This document shows positions 37,085-50,507 of a stretch of DNA of 64,000 bases, piece after piece. The notes beneath the pieces were generated by a model. That model saw nothing but the letters and a program-made list of their open reading frames with translations, made no database searches and was not told where the DNA came from. The first letter of the stretch is position 1. Every line of letters starts with the position of its first letter. The position numbers were made by a program, and so were the translations under genes. This stretch comes from Penicillus capitatus (taxonomy: Eukaryota > Plantae > Chlorophyta), in NCBI GenBank assembly GCA_965649825.1, contig OZ287701.1, positions 51,101 through 115,100 on the forward strand. Reading direction: 5' to 3'.

Positions 37085-38132
37085 TCACTCGGATTTGCTC
37101 GGAACCCGAATGCATGTTAATGAATATGGCTTATGGTCACACTTCCTTCTATTCCGATGTGACCTTTGTCGCTGCGCCATAGAGATTTGACGAACTCGAT
37201 GGCATAAGGGAATGCCATGGCGCTCACTCTTCGATGTATCATCACGACAGTAGTGCACATACCGTTGCAAAGGAAGTCCTCTGTACTGGCAACCGATCTC
37301 TCTCCCTGTCATCTCTGCTCTCAGTTCAATGGGATTCCTCAGATACTTATAAAACATCGACGACGATGCTCTATTGGAGAGGATGGATGTCTTTACAGGA
37401 CACGTCAATGTTGTGATCAACATCGATGCTGACATGACGTCGTTAGATCTATTGGCTGTGCCTCAGAGGGCAGCTCCTCTTCAATGAGGTCTTCGATCCG
37501 ACAGAGACGAAGCGTCATGCCTTCCGGCAGAATCGATTCTACATAACAGCGTCACACTTTAGCCGAATGTGTGAGATATGGCGCAACGTATCGTCTGTTT
37601 GTCGGGATCTGATGTGAAGGGGCAAAGAATGAGAGGATGGCTTGACCATTTCTCACAGTGCAACATCTCAAACAGCACACACATCTGCACCATCACTTCT
37701 CTCTGTATCATTCTTGAACAAGTGACGACAGTACTTTGCCTTCGGGACCATGGAACGCACGTCGCGTCGAGTGCGTCACCCGCGAGCGCACATGACGTGA
37801 CCTGTAAGGATGTTTCCACGCCCACTCAAACCGACAGGCCTCAGCCTAACAGTCATCGCCAATTCCAGACATCTGGCTCTGCCGTGAAGATCGACACTTG
37901 ATCAGCAAAGCCATACACATACACCAGCATTTCCCATGGTCGACTGCATCGTGTCGCCGAGGCTCCGCCTTTGATCTCGCCGTTGTGTTGACGCAGACGT
38001 CGGCGAGGATCCACCGTGAAACTGCCGAGCATTTCAGATTGGCATCTCCTGCAGAAGCTGCACCGATATTCACCCGATGTAGCTGCGTCGGCTGTTCGGT
38101 TGAAGCGAACGCAAGAGATAACAGCCGTACAT
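37085..38132 (-). CDS. SLX1: Structure-specific endonuclease subunit SLX1 (GIY-YIG); 3' end approximate
   Basis: MYGCYLLRS...SYIG|FTVDPRRRLRQHNGEIKGGA...RPWEM...FEWAWKHP. Confidence 0.88.
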
Positions 38133-38155
38133 CGCCTCTAAAAGACGGAACCGAA

Positions 38156-39548
38156 ATGAACGATACGTTGTCCGATCGTTGTGCATCATCACGTCGAGGA
38201 TTCGTAAAGACCTCAGACGGCTTCCGTATTCACTACTGGCTCTGCGAGGCGCACAATAAGGAAGGTGCGAACACGGTGAGAGCGCCGGATGTCGAAACCG
38301 AGGGACAAAACGGCGTCCGAATCCCGGAGGAACATATCATCATGATTCCCGGTACTTCAGCAAGGAACATCCGCCGGTCATTCTCGTGCTGACTGTCTTC
38401 CCTTTAGGGATTGCCACAGACAGAGAGGGATGGAATTACCAGATAGAAGATTTGTTACTTCACCAGGTACGGTGCAGAAAGAGTGAGAAAAGGAGTGAGC
38501 CTGCGTTTCAGGAGACATCCATGAATGTCGTGTGCTGTGTGCTGGACAATCGAGGCATCGGATTGAGTTCGACACCGACGACCAAGACTTCTTACACCAC
38601 AGAGCGAATGGCACAGGATGTCATCGAAACAGCAGTAAGGCGCCGACGTTGTGTATCTATCCCATTGGCATCTCGTCGCTGGGTTTCTAAAAGGATGCCG
38701 TTGGCTGGGAGCGTTTTCATTGTATGGGCTTTTCGATGGGTGGGATGATTGCGTGCAAAGTGGCTGCACGGGTGCCGCATCGACTGAAATCCCTTGTCAT
38801 ACTCAGTCCGGGGCATTGCCCGCCCTGTCGATGATATTGATGAGAAAAGTGTGACATAGGTGCGACAGGTGGAGGATGGCAGACGATTCCGCGCAACTGT
38901 TTTGGCATTTGTAATGCGCTGATGACATGGTTCTGCTGTGGCAGACGCATGCGAGCGTTCTGCGACCTGCGATTTCATTTCACGCCCAGAACGCTGAACC
39001 AGAAGGTCAGCAGCTCAACGGCGGCGCACAAAGTGTGACCGTGTGATGAAGGTGGATAAATTGGGGACGACACGATTGGATCGATTGATGCAGGAATACA
39101 CGCAGCAATCGCTTCGCAAATCGCAGAGCAGCTCAGGTCTATCGGGCCAACTGAGGGCGTGTTGGTATCATGATCTATCTTCCGACGAAACCAGCCGTAT
39201 TCTCCACAGTACTGACAGCTGTCACATCATTCATCTGATCTCACACTTTCATGCAGATGTGTTTCCTGTACTGGTCCTGCATGGTCGCCACGATCGTCTC
39301 GCAGATCCTCGATTCGGCCGAACCCTCGCAAAGCGCCTCGGAGGACGTTTTATCGAAGTCGACGGCGCTCATCTGATCAAACGCGAATGTCGCTCCGATG
39401 TGTGACCATCTCCAAAAGAGTGACGTGCTTATGTTCTTTCGCTGTCTAGGTGAGCCAGCATCTCATTACTCTACTAAGCGCCCAAGACAGAAGGAGGTCA
39501 CGTCCGTCAAGTCAACGGACGCGTTTGACGGTCGACAGCGTTTCGTAG
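38156..39548 (+). CDS. Alpha/beta hydrolase fold protein
   Basis: LDNRGIGLSS, MAQDV, nucleophile elbow GFSMGG, VLVLHGRHDRLA, GAHLIKRE. Confidence 0.85.
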
Positions 39549-39749
39549 TGAAACAGTCCGATTCACAGTGTTCTTCCTATTCGCGATTTTAACAAGCAAC
39601 ATTTCTTCTGATAGATCCTTCCGCCTTTCTATTCCATATAAAGACTTCGTTCATGTCGTACCCCACCACACGGCGCCTCCGAGCGACGGTCGACGAAGTG
39701 GAGCCCCTTGTCGACAACACATCCGATAAGGATTCGAACAAAAGTGCCG

Positions 39750-41457
39750 ATGTCTCGCGGAAAGAAGGTCTCCTGTCACATCGTTTCGCTGAAACGGCCG
39801 ACGCGAGAGGGTGGTTGTCTGGCAGGACGGCGGCGTGGTTGGCAAACACAGCCATTCGATCTTCTGTCTGCTAGCATGAATCAGTCGCATTTTGTACTGA
39901 ACCTCTTCTCCATCATCTTCTTTTGTGTTGGCTGCCTGCTCCTGCTCATTTCGACCCATCAGCAAGTGAGAACTCCACGACAGGACTGCCGTTGATGACA
40001 GGCGACATTAGGGGATTAAGTTGATCATGCCGGATTGCCATTCCGAAACGACCATCACACAGAATACCAACAAGTTTGTGGCGGGCGGAAACTTCTACGA
40101 AGATGAGAAAACAGGTCAGCTGAAACGGAAGGCTGACAATGCTTTTCTGATTCCTGAGAAGAGAGAATCATTGCCAAAGTCAATTAATTTTCACAAAACC
40201 TTGCCCAAGAAAAAGACGACCGTTTTGGGAAAAGACGCCGCGGTCGAATTCGTTGTGACGGGTTCGACATCCACCCCCACGCACTCCAACTGACATGCAG
40301 CCAATGTCTTGTCGCAGGGAATATGGTCCCAGTCTCCCAAGCACTGAGATTGGATCATACCTATGCCCCAGTCGAACATATCAACTTTGACAGACTGGAG
40401 CTTGGAGAGTCGGAAGGTAGGGATCTTGCTGGACAATAGAGATGGCGGTATGGGTGATGACAGGTATGGATATGGGCGAGCCTTCGGATTTGAAGTTCTT
40501 CATTGCCATCATGAGTCGCTGCTGCTCCGAGAATAGTCGAGATGTCAGAAACGCGATTCGTGCCACATGGATGTCTCACGCGCTGACGACCTTTGACAAC
40601 GTGGACATTAAGTTCTTCCTGTCACAGCCAGACACCGCCGACTTAGACGAGAGCGTTGCCCTATTGCAAGAGGAAATTGCCGAGAACGATGACATCGTAG
40701 TGCTGAGAGGTCACGAGGCATATAATAATCTTCCCAACAAGACGTTGGGCATCTTCAAATACACGCTGTCCAATCCCAAGAGATATACACATCTGCTCAA
40801 GACAGACGACGATTGCTACGTCCGCGTGCACAAGCTCATGGAGATCCTGAATCCACCGGAAGGCCCACAGATGGAAGGCATGTATAAAGGGTGTATGGAG
40901 AACCGAGGGGGTTTCTTTCCCATACGGGATCCCAATTCTAAATGGTATCTGCGATACGATGAATTGGATGACTATACGGCACGGCCGATTCGAGGAACAA
41001 AGTATCTGGCTGGATGGGGATACATTCTCACACGTGATCTGCTGTTCCATGCCATGAAGAAAGTTTACGCCTGGGACAATAAGCTGGACAATGTTCCTAT
41101 CTGGTATAATGTCATGAAGTGGGAGGATGTGATGGTGGGGATCTTGATGGCAGACAAGGTGCCCTATCCCGACGCAGACTACCATTTCAAAGCAGCCTGG
41201 CGTGCCTGTACCAACGAAACAGCGGTATGAGCTGTCACATCACACAGCCATGTGCTATGGTGTGATATGTGTGTCTGTAGATTCGGCATCTGGATTTGGA
41301 TGCGCCTAGTCTGTTGGCAGGACTGTATGAACAGGAACTGAGTGGTCTCTGGCTGAAGAAAACAGTTCAGTGTAGTTCGGGCAACTACGTGGCCGGCGAT
41401 TACGGTGGATGGAAAAGGTGGCGGAATTCGATCACTGAAGCCTCATCTCGCATCTAG
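39750..41457 (+). CDS. GT31 beta-1,3-galactosyltransferase-like type II membrane protein
   Basis: N-terminal TM (FVLNLFSIIFFCVGCLLLLI), RNAIRATW, EAYNNLPNKT, LLKTDDDCYV, YLAGWGYILT, WEDVMVG. Confidence 0.88.
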
Positions 41458-41575
41458 GATGACGACGATGTTTATCTGTTGCATCATGAATCTTTTGTTC
41501 TGATAACGCATTCGATTAAAGACTTCGGCGTTGGTGCGTGCGTTTTCGTGTGTTTGTTCTTGTTCGTTTGTGCGG

Positions 41576-42318
41576 ATGTCGAGTGGCAGTAGCAGTCATT
41601 TATCGAAGTCGAAACAAGACGACGACCCGCGTCACAGTATCGAACACCACTCCTCCTCCGTCTCCCCTCTGCGCGACGGAGCAATAGATTCACCATTTAT
41701 ACCTTCCTCCACTCTTCCTTATGACACAGAGGAGTGGAAACAGAACTTTCCTGCCTACTACTCTGGCTGCGTCGTTCCAGCCGTCTCGCAAAATCCGAGT
41801 CTGTTGAGTCAAGTGAGCGCGCGATGGTCTCTGTCGAGACGTGCGATGCGACAGGCCTGTAGATATGTTGCGAAGACACCGATCCTCTGAGCTGGAGTCT
41901 GACGCCACAGAGCGTGAAGTATGAGCAGAATCTGGCGACAACGACGGGAGGGAAATACGAACAGAGTCTTGCACAACCCGTGACGAAATTTGAGACGACC
42001 GTCGCATCTGCACCGGAGCCGACCGTGGAAGATACGGCGACGGTGGAGATGGACGAGGTCGATGCCAAGAAAGAAGCGGAGAAAGAAAAGAACCGCGCCC
42101 GGATGCGACGACTGAGAGCCGCACGCGATCCAGAGAAGATCGAAAGCGATCGAGAGAAGGCACGTGAGCGTACACGGCGCGTTCGGGCATCATGGAACGA
42201 GGAGAGACGTGAGAAGGAGCGACATCGAGCAAGGGAGTACATGCGAAGACGGCGGGCCATGAAGGCGAAACAGAACAGCGCCGGTCAGAAACGCTCACAT
42301 TCAACGGAAGAATCCTAA
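41576..42318 (+). CDS. Hypothetical protein with C-terminal basic helical repeats (possible nucleic-acid binding)
   Basis: Two exons joined by a GT-AG intron near 41812-41861; C-terminus NRARMRRLRA...ARERTRRVRA...AREYMRRRRA. Confidence 0.6.
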
Positions 42319-42426
42319 AGAGAAAGGAACAAGAGGCTGGTCCATTGTCTGGGCATCTATGTGTGCATGCGTGCGGACGTGTGTAAAGTACTAGCCGCCA
42401 CGACAAAAATCGTGTACGGGATTGTG

Positions 42427-43314
<888 letters not shown>

Positions 43315-44594
43315 CTATACATAGATGAGATGCATTCATCTATGACGCCCGACGTGGCACATCCATCCATCTGGCACTCCTCTCGTATTCAGAAGAAAAG
43401 AGAGCCGGCTTCTGCCGATCGCGGCAGATGAATTGGAGGTGTGATCACTGGCGATGGATCTTCAGATGATGTTGGCTATTTGTTCTGAATCTTCAAGTTT
43501 GGCCTTGTGGCCAGAAGTTGACATTCCTTACGCGCATTTCTTGGAACGAGTACTTGTATGGGATTGGCGAATCGACTGAAGTGTCTCTCTTGCCCTTTAA
43601 ACCTCTGCTTTGGCTGTCATGGCATCGGCAGCAGTGCACGGGGACAGTATGCTTCTCAGACATTCCTCAGGCCTTGAGTGAAATGCGTGACGCGTTACTC
43701 GTAGTCATATCTGATCGCTGAAAGTCAGACTATGGAATGGAGTTCTGTAATGGTATTCATCTGTAAGACGAGTTTTACAGAGAGCCTGAGTGCGAATAGA
43801 GTTCAGTTTTCATAAAAAAACGTTGAAAATTCCCAGTACTGGGGATTGATGACATCCTTAAGCATTCAGAAAACACAATAGCGAACACACATAGAAACAC
43901 AAAGCGATTGGAGTTTTAAAGATTAGATTCCAGGAAACTTCGCATAAGAGCGGCGAGAAAGGAAACACCGACTGTCGCATGGCAAGCCAGACACAATTCG
44001 TTCGTTTGCTCTGTCATCGGCAATGAATAGAGCCAAAGTCTGTCAGGCATCCTTGAAAGAAGCAGCCATTCTCCACGATGATTCAAAAATTCCTCGGTAC
44101 GATGCATTCTTCCAAGAACAACGGAAACTTTGATCGACTGGCCGGCTGCTCATGGTATCAACGCTGCAGACACTGTCGTTCACATTCTGACTCCACGGCC
44201 TTGTCCATTGAGGAGACTCCAGCCGACGTAGCTTTGCAGAAAACCTTCTCAAGAGTTAAAGATAATCAATAACTGACATCTTTGAATTCTCGGTACAACA
44301 GTCATCGACTAGAAACGCAAGATAGTTTTGATAACACTTCAATCTTGCTGCAATGGCGTGCATCTGTAAAACACAAAGTGTGTTGTCCGTTCTTTTCTGA
44401 GACAGTGATGCTTACTTTTGGCAAAGCGGCTGCCATACGAACAACCTGGGACGGGGACCGGTGGCGTGACTCCATACCCACTGCGCCAATAACACACGAG
44501 GTGTCGACGAGGCGACAAGGACACATCCATCAGCAGCAGGTCAGGGCTCCATGGACCATCGTTCGACGCGCTGCGCGGACATGTAGTTAAGGGG

Positions 44595-45222
44595 TCCATT
44601 AAACAAAAAAAAGAAAAAGAAAAAAGGACCCGGCACGGAGAAGAAAACAAAATGAAAACTACAGCAAAAATGAAAATAACAAGTGAACAAGGAAACAAAA
44701 CTGGACATCACTCAGAAAACAGAAAAATTAAACAAGGAAAACAAAAACAAAACAGCAAGAAAACGAAAAACACAGACAGGAAAGAAAATGGCAGATCCTG
44801 CCACACATGCACACAAGGAGAAAGAAAAGGCAAGATCTGCCTTAAAAGCAAAATGCACCAACGGGGAAAGAAAAAAGGAAAAGAAAAGAAAAGAAACAAA
44901 AGGAATAAGACAAATAAAATAAAACAAGAACAACAAGAATAACGAAACAAAAAACAAACAGGATAAACAGGATAAAAACAAAACACACACATCAAGACAA
45001 ATAAAACAGGAATAACAAGACAGAAAACAAACAGGGTAAACAGGATAAAAACAAAACACACACATCAAGACAAATAAAACAGGAATAACAAGACAGAAAA
45101 CAAACAGGGTAAACAGGGTAAAAAACACACACAACAAGAAAACAAGAATAACAAGACAGAAAACAAACAGGGTAAACAGGGTAAAAAACACACACAACAA
45201 GAAAACAAGAAAACAAAACAAG
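44595..45222 (+). repeat. Extremely A-rich, T-poor low-complexity tract ending in a tandem array of 73/73/63/~63-nt units
   Basis: Units start at 44941, 45014, 45087 and 45150 (AACAAGACAGAAAACAAACAGGGTAAACAGG...). Confidence 0.9.
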
Positions 45223-45539
45223 ACGTCCCGTTGGTGCAGATCCAGGAGCCCGACTCCGCACACATACAATGGCAGTCAGTCTGCACTCGGACGGTACGCG
45301 GTCATGACGACGGGAGCAGGGCCTACCGGTGGTCGACCCATCCACTCCCTATCGCCCAACCAACCACCCTGGCGGCAGCACCGCTTGCCGCACCAATAGG
45401 GAGGAACAGATTGCTGATGTTGGATGCTTCTGTCGATGCCGGTCCTGTGTCTTCGATGCCCTGACTTCTGGTCTTCTCTCCTCGCCTTTCAAGAACCATC
45501 GCTGAAGCAAACTGCACAGTCAGACCTGTCAGCAAAGAC

Positions 45540-47330
45540 TCCCCGCTTCAGTCTCAATGTGCCCAGGAACTAACTGCCTGCAAGCAAACATCGGTTAATG
45601 AGATGTGCGTGGTCATGGATAAGTATGCTGTTTGTGCCTTTTACCTGTTGCCACTTCTGTTTCTGCATTTCACATGTTGGATGCATCAATCGAGTGAAGC
45701 ACCATGCTTGCTTACTCTTTTTATATAGTTCCTGCCGATTTGTCTTCGCTCTTGACATGTTCTGTTCTTTATGGCGGCTTCATAGCGATCCAAGAGCTTC
45801 TCGTCTATGCAGAACTCTTCAGATTCTTGATCAAGACATGATCCCATCTCTGATATCAAGGTCTTCTGTCTTCACTTCTTGCCTTTGGCCTGCGCTCTGT
45901 TTCAAGTCGTGCCTTATCCTTCATGTTGCCCCTCCTCAGCTTGATGGCCTGTTGAATGCCGAGAGCGAGAATGCTTGAGGGACTGCTGCTCCTTGGATCC
46001 TTGGTTTCGCTGTCTCTTTCCTCCTTTCCGCTCATGTGTCTCTGTGGAAACTCTGAAGATTTGTGACGTTATCGGAAGAGCTATGTTCCGTCTTGATCAC
46101 GGAAGTGGATGATGGCGGACTCTGCACACCTTCCGTCCATCGCTCGGAATGTTGAGGGCTCAGCCTTCTGTTATACACCTGTAGCATCTCTGCCTCCACT
46201 GAAGGAAGAAGAGTAAGTCTCTTACCTGAAGCAACGACGGTTCTGTTTATCACATTCTTCATCGCTTCCAAATTTGTCCAGAACGCTGCCGATGCACAAA
46301 AAGGACCCTTTCCTTCAATTTGAACTTCAACAGGGGCGGCAGAGATTTCGTCCGTGCTTCTTGCTGTTCATTTCTTTGTCAGGCCTCGAGAACATTTCAC
46401 TCATCGAAGCCTCTGTCTATTCCATGGTCCAGATAGGTCATTGCAGAGATCCAGTACCGTGGACCGACTGCAACTCGTGTCATGCCCAGCCGCATCCTAC
46501 TGCAGATTTCGTCTGGTATGGCACCTCTTATGCTGATCCCACAGCAAATCTTATGGCTTGGACAATAAACAGAACTCGCGCTCCAGAATGTATCGTCGAA
46601 AGGAGGGAGAGAAGGCAGTTGGTTTCCACGGTGGATCAACGAAGAACAGAGAGAAAAAGGCATACAAGCCACCACGACTTTTCCTTATTCAAAGAAGTCG
46701 ATCCACTTCTTCCTTTGGTCTTCTCATGTCCCCAAAACTGAAAGACAATCTCTTTGTTGTTCGAGAACATATACTTATAGTTTTCCAAACCTGGTCCAGA
46801 CGATGCTTCAAAAACTGCCAGATCGACAGAAATGCATTACTGAAGAAGTTCATGCCGACCATGCATGCGGATGGGTCCTTGAGATTTGCCAGAAAGACGA
46901 TGTCATTCGACCTAGGATTTCCACAGTAAGAAGAGTAGGTAGAGCTATTTAGGACGACCTTACTTCGACATGGTTGAATGTGGGATTGACAAGTGCTCTT
47001 TTCAAGGACTTAAAGTAGAAAGAGAACACTTTACTCATTCGTTGCATACGTATTGCCTCCAAGTTTCTGATTTCCAGATTGTGTTCCTTGCATTCTCTTC
47101 TCGTCCACTTCCACATAAGCAAGATCTCCCCTTCGGTCCAGTAATAATGCGAACTAGATAAGGTAAGATGATTCATCAGCTCAGAAAAAGAGTCGTTTGC
47201 AGAGAGAGACCTGATGGTTGTCTTGAATAGTAATGCCGCTGCAGTCCAGTGCAGACGTGGTAAGGAAGACAGTTCTATTAACTTGCATGGTTCCGAGACA
47301 AAAATGGGCCATGCTGGATAGTGATAGCAG
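45540..47330 (-). pseudogene. Fragmented coding-like sequence of unknown family (degenerate gene or transposon ORF)
   Basis: Short protein-like stretches (FALLLDRRGDLAYVEVDEKRMQG, SNDIVFLANLKDPSACMVG, ESEEFCIDEKLLDRYEAAIKNR) with intron-like gaps but also stops and frame changes. Confidence 0.3.
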
Positions 47331-47377
47331 CTTTTAGTTTTCCAGAGATAAGAAAGGTGTCGTGAAAGGATATTTTA

Positions 47378-47897
47378 TGCCCTTGTGGCCGGATGTCCAT
47401 GTCCTTCGCCTGGGATGAGATCAGAGTACATGGCCCTTGTGGCCGGATGTCCATGTCCTTCGCCTGGGATGACAGTGCATGGCCCTTGTGGCCGGATGTC
47501 CATGTCCTTCGCCTGGGATGACAGTGCATGGCCCTTGTGGCCGGATGTCCATGTCCTTCGCCTGGGATGACAGTGCATGGCCCTGGTGGCCGGATGTCCA
47601 TGTCCTTCGCCTGGGATGAGATCAGAGTACATGGCCCTTGTGGCCGGATGTCCATGTCCTTCGCCTGGGATGACAGTGCATGGCCCTTGTGGCCGGATGT
47701 CCATGTCCTTCGCCTGGGATGACAGTGCATGGCCCTGGTGGCCGGATGTCGATGTGCCCTCGCCTGGGATGACAGTGCATGGCCCTGGTGGCCGGATGTC
47801 GATGTGCCTTCGCCTGGGATGACAGTACATGGCCCTGGTGGCCGGATGTCGATGTGCCTTCGCCTGGGATGACAGTATATGGCCCTGGTGGCCGGAT
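47378..47897. repeat. Tandem minisatellite, ~10.4 copies of a 49-54-nt unit
   Basis: Unit GGCCCTTGTGGCCGGATGTCCATGTCCTTCGCCTGGGATGACAGTGCAT; starts at 47378, 47432, 47481, 47530, 47579, 47633, 47682, 47731, 47781, 47831 and 47881. Confidence 0.97.
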
Positions 47898-48079
47898 TCG
47901 AGAATGGTGCTCCATGAAATATGGGAGTCGACCCGATGACCCGATACTGAAATGCTCTTCGGTCAAACTCCTTGCCTTGATGCTAGAACTGAAGATACTC
48001 CGTGCTTACACTCTTTGGCCCTCGAGACCGGAATTGGATGGATGATATGCCCGAAGAAAAAGGACGTCTAATGTCCGTG

Positions 48080-48156
48080 GTTTTTTTTTTCTTTTTTATT
48101 TTTTCCTTTTTGTTTATTTTTTTTGAATTTATTTTTTCTTTCTTTTTTTATTTTAA
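48080..48156 (+). repeat. T-rich low-complexity tract
   Basis: About 75 nt of almost pure T, interrupted by single A/C/G. Confidence 0.85.
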
Positions 48157-48271
48157 TTACCTAACTGGGCAGAAGTAAGCACGGGTCTGTCATTCCAATG
48201 ACCGGAATGCCCAGATATAAAAATATTCTCTAGGATCTGTGACCTAAGAACACAATTAGACGGTCATTAAA

Positions 48272-48664
48272 TTACAGATTGAGAAAGAGGGTGTTAGTTG
48301 CGGTTACTTTGGCATCGGAGTCATGCATGTACTTTGGTATCGGGTCGACGAACCAGATGGTGTTTCCATCTTGAAACTCCATCAAAGTGGGCTGCCAATC
48401 CATGCACCCGTTATTGATGGCTTCCAACGGCACTTGAAAATCGATAGTCGGTGCCGACGACTGGGACGTGAACTCGTAGTCCATTCCCGAGTCGTCTTGC
48501 CCGTTGGAAGCATCAAATTCGTAGTCCATTCCCGAGTCGACTTGCCCGTCGGGCGTATCGAACTCGAAGTCCATGGACGCGTCCTCTTGCCCGCTAAAGG
48601 CATATGACGGATAAAACGTGGCGTGAAAACGCTCACGTTCATGCGATTCTCCTTCGGTAGCCAT
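48272..48664 (-). CDS. Orphan intronless acidic ORF (130 aa) with three 15-aa repeats
   Basis: ATG start; GQEDASMDFEFDTPD / GQVDSGMDYEFDASN / GQDDSGMDYEFT repeats with a 45-nt period; no homology recognised. Confidence 0.4.
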   Translation of the reverse strand: MATEGESHERERFHATFYPSYAFSGQEDASMDFEFDTPDGQVDSGMDYEFDASNGQDDSGMDYEFTSQSSAPTIDFQVPLEAINNGCMDWQPTLMEFQDGNTIWFVDPIPKYMHDSDAKVTATNTLFLNL

Positions 48665-50507
48665 GGTGCGTGCTTTCCTAAACGGAAACAGCAGTAGATC
48701 AAAGCAGTCCGGCCGGAACAGGCAACGGCGGATTTTGCGTATGACCCCGTAGGAAAACGCATTACGCCGTTGTTCTCGACTGGATCAACGCGCGTCCGGT
48801 GACAGAAGTTATCGCCGGGGTAGCAAGACCGCCGCGAGTCGCGGACAATGCGTTCTTACTTGCTCATCTTCTTTGGTCGCGGAAGATAGAAACGATGCGC
48901 TCGGGGCTTCAAAACGTTTGCAAAGTGCAAAACAGTCGCAGACGAATGCGAGTATCGATGGTACGGATTCGAGGTTTTATCGGTCGACGGTTATGCTGGA
49001 CGAGATCCGCGTGGTTCTGATCCGAGAGAGCCGTTTTCGAAGACTCCCGTTGACGCGAATTGGCGGGAATTGGCCGTCGCTGGCGTTCAGGCTCGCCGTT
49101 GTTTCGGTATGCAAAACGACATCGACGCAGTTTTCGTTTGTCTGGTTGCGGAAGGTCGCCCTTCGTATAGCAACGGATAAGTCCGACTTAGAGCGTTGTT
49201 TTGGGGTTTGGTGAAGGGACAGAGGTCACGAGCTGACGGATGGGCTTTGTGGAGTTCGCCGCGGTAGGATCGCCGCCAGAAGTTTGTTGCCGGGGAATCG
49301 CAGAGAACCAGTGGTCTCATTGGGGCGTGATGTGAACCAGAATCCTTTTGTTTGTGAACTGCAGCTCAATGAGGTCATCGGCAATGTCTGCATTACAACG
49401 AAGGCAGAGGCTCCTTGTGTGCACAAACCCAGTCGGCTCCTCTTTGTCTGGAGATTTTGAGGTTAGCGTCAATGCAGCAACTGTCAAAGTGACCGAACGG
49501 ATATGCTTTTCTGTGCCTTGGCAAGTTGCAGCAGCAAGATTTGTCAACCGGAAATCCAAGATTGGCGTTTCCTTCTGTCAGGATCCTTTGATGGTTACCC
49601 GGAAGACATTCACTCGCAATAGTGATGCTGCTTTGAAAGAAGGTGATCTGCAGACTTTGTATTGCTTATGAGTCGATAACTCTGCACATTCTGCCTTGAA
49701 GGCTTCACCTTATTATTCAATTTCGAATGCTTCCATCATCTCTATGCGGTATGCTGACCCTCGACAGTGTGTTTCGAGGATTTCTTTTCTCGGGGCTTCA
49801 CGATTAGACTCAGATGAGAGACTCCATAAGGGTCAGTTATCCTGTAATGCTGTGGTGAACAATCCTACATTTGTACTAATGTACGGAAAACGTCCCGTTC
49901 ATGAGCCGCGAACTAAAACCAATCGATTGCACAAAACGCAATGTCTGATGCCCAGGGATGCATTGGAGTCGCAGTGGAGAACAGACGCTATCATTCTGGT
50001 CTCGTTGTGAACTGTCGCTGTTTGTTAATCCATTCGTATCGGAGTGCAGTCGCGACCACCACAATGCGCGCTGACCCAGAAGACTGTGTCATTTCTTCCG
50101 CGCTTGAGCGTCTTTCTTCTTCTTTGTGCTTCGAATTCAATGATAACTTGCAGCGCGTGTGAGAATAGCAGACCCTGTTCTCCGTCTGTCACATCATAAG
50201 CACTGTGTGAGCAATGACTTTTTACTTGTGCATCGTGTGGTTGCGTCCTCTCTTAGAAGTTACCACACAGTTTTTCTTGTGATTGACATGACGTTGACCG
50301 GCGATGAGCACTTCTACACTCTGTTTTCCTTTCTTGTTGACATCTGCCTCGAAGAGGGAATGATTACATAAATACTGTTCTTGGGTTTCGACGAAGAAAC
50401 ACGAGCCTTTTATAAACGCCTCCTGCCTTATCTTCAAGTCTCACGCACTTCGTCTGCAAGGGCTACCTTCCGTCTTCAACGCGGATCGACAGTATCGCTA
50501 GCGTACC

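Noticed and set aside
33000-38200. Prophage or endogenous viral insertion around the prohead protease
   Set aside because: The flanking genes are ordinary eukaryotic genes (SNX, FLU, SLX1), the protease has host-type introns, and I saw no other viral gene or compositional break.
45027-45185. Telomere-like repeats (AAACAGGGT)
   Set aside because: They do not match TTTAGGG, TTTTAGGG or TTAGGG on either strand.
44652-45345. Lys/Asn-rich and Phe/Cys/Val-rich ORFs, apparently membrane proteins
   Set aside because: Artefacts of the A-rich array and its T-rich complement.
47278-47830. Several 60-150-aa ORFs on both strands
   Set aside because: By-products of a stop-poor tandem repeat; the 49-nt period shifts frame each unit.
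47378-47897. CRISPR array
   Set aside because: The units are contiguous with no unique spacers, there are no cas genes, and the context is eukaryotic. It is a minisatellite.
44584-48168. Terminal inverted repeats (AGTTAAGG...ATTAAACAAAAAAAAG versus the reverse complement of the 48100-48168 end)
   Set aside because: The similarity is mostly low-complexity A-runs and I found no convincing target-site duplication. Kept only as a hint in the island finding.
49200-50450. Possible glycosyltransferase-like gene upstream of the MATH gene
   Set aside because: Only scattered coding-like fragments with in-frame stops; I could not build a consistent spliced model or recognise a motif.
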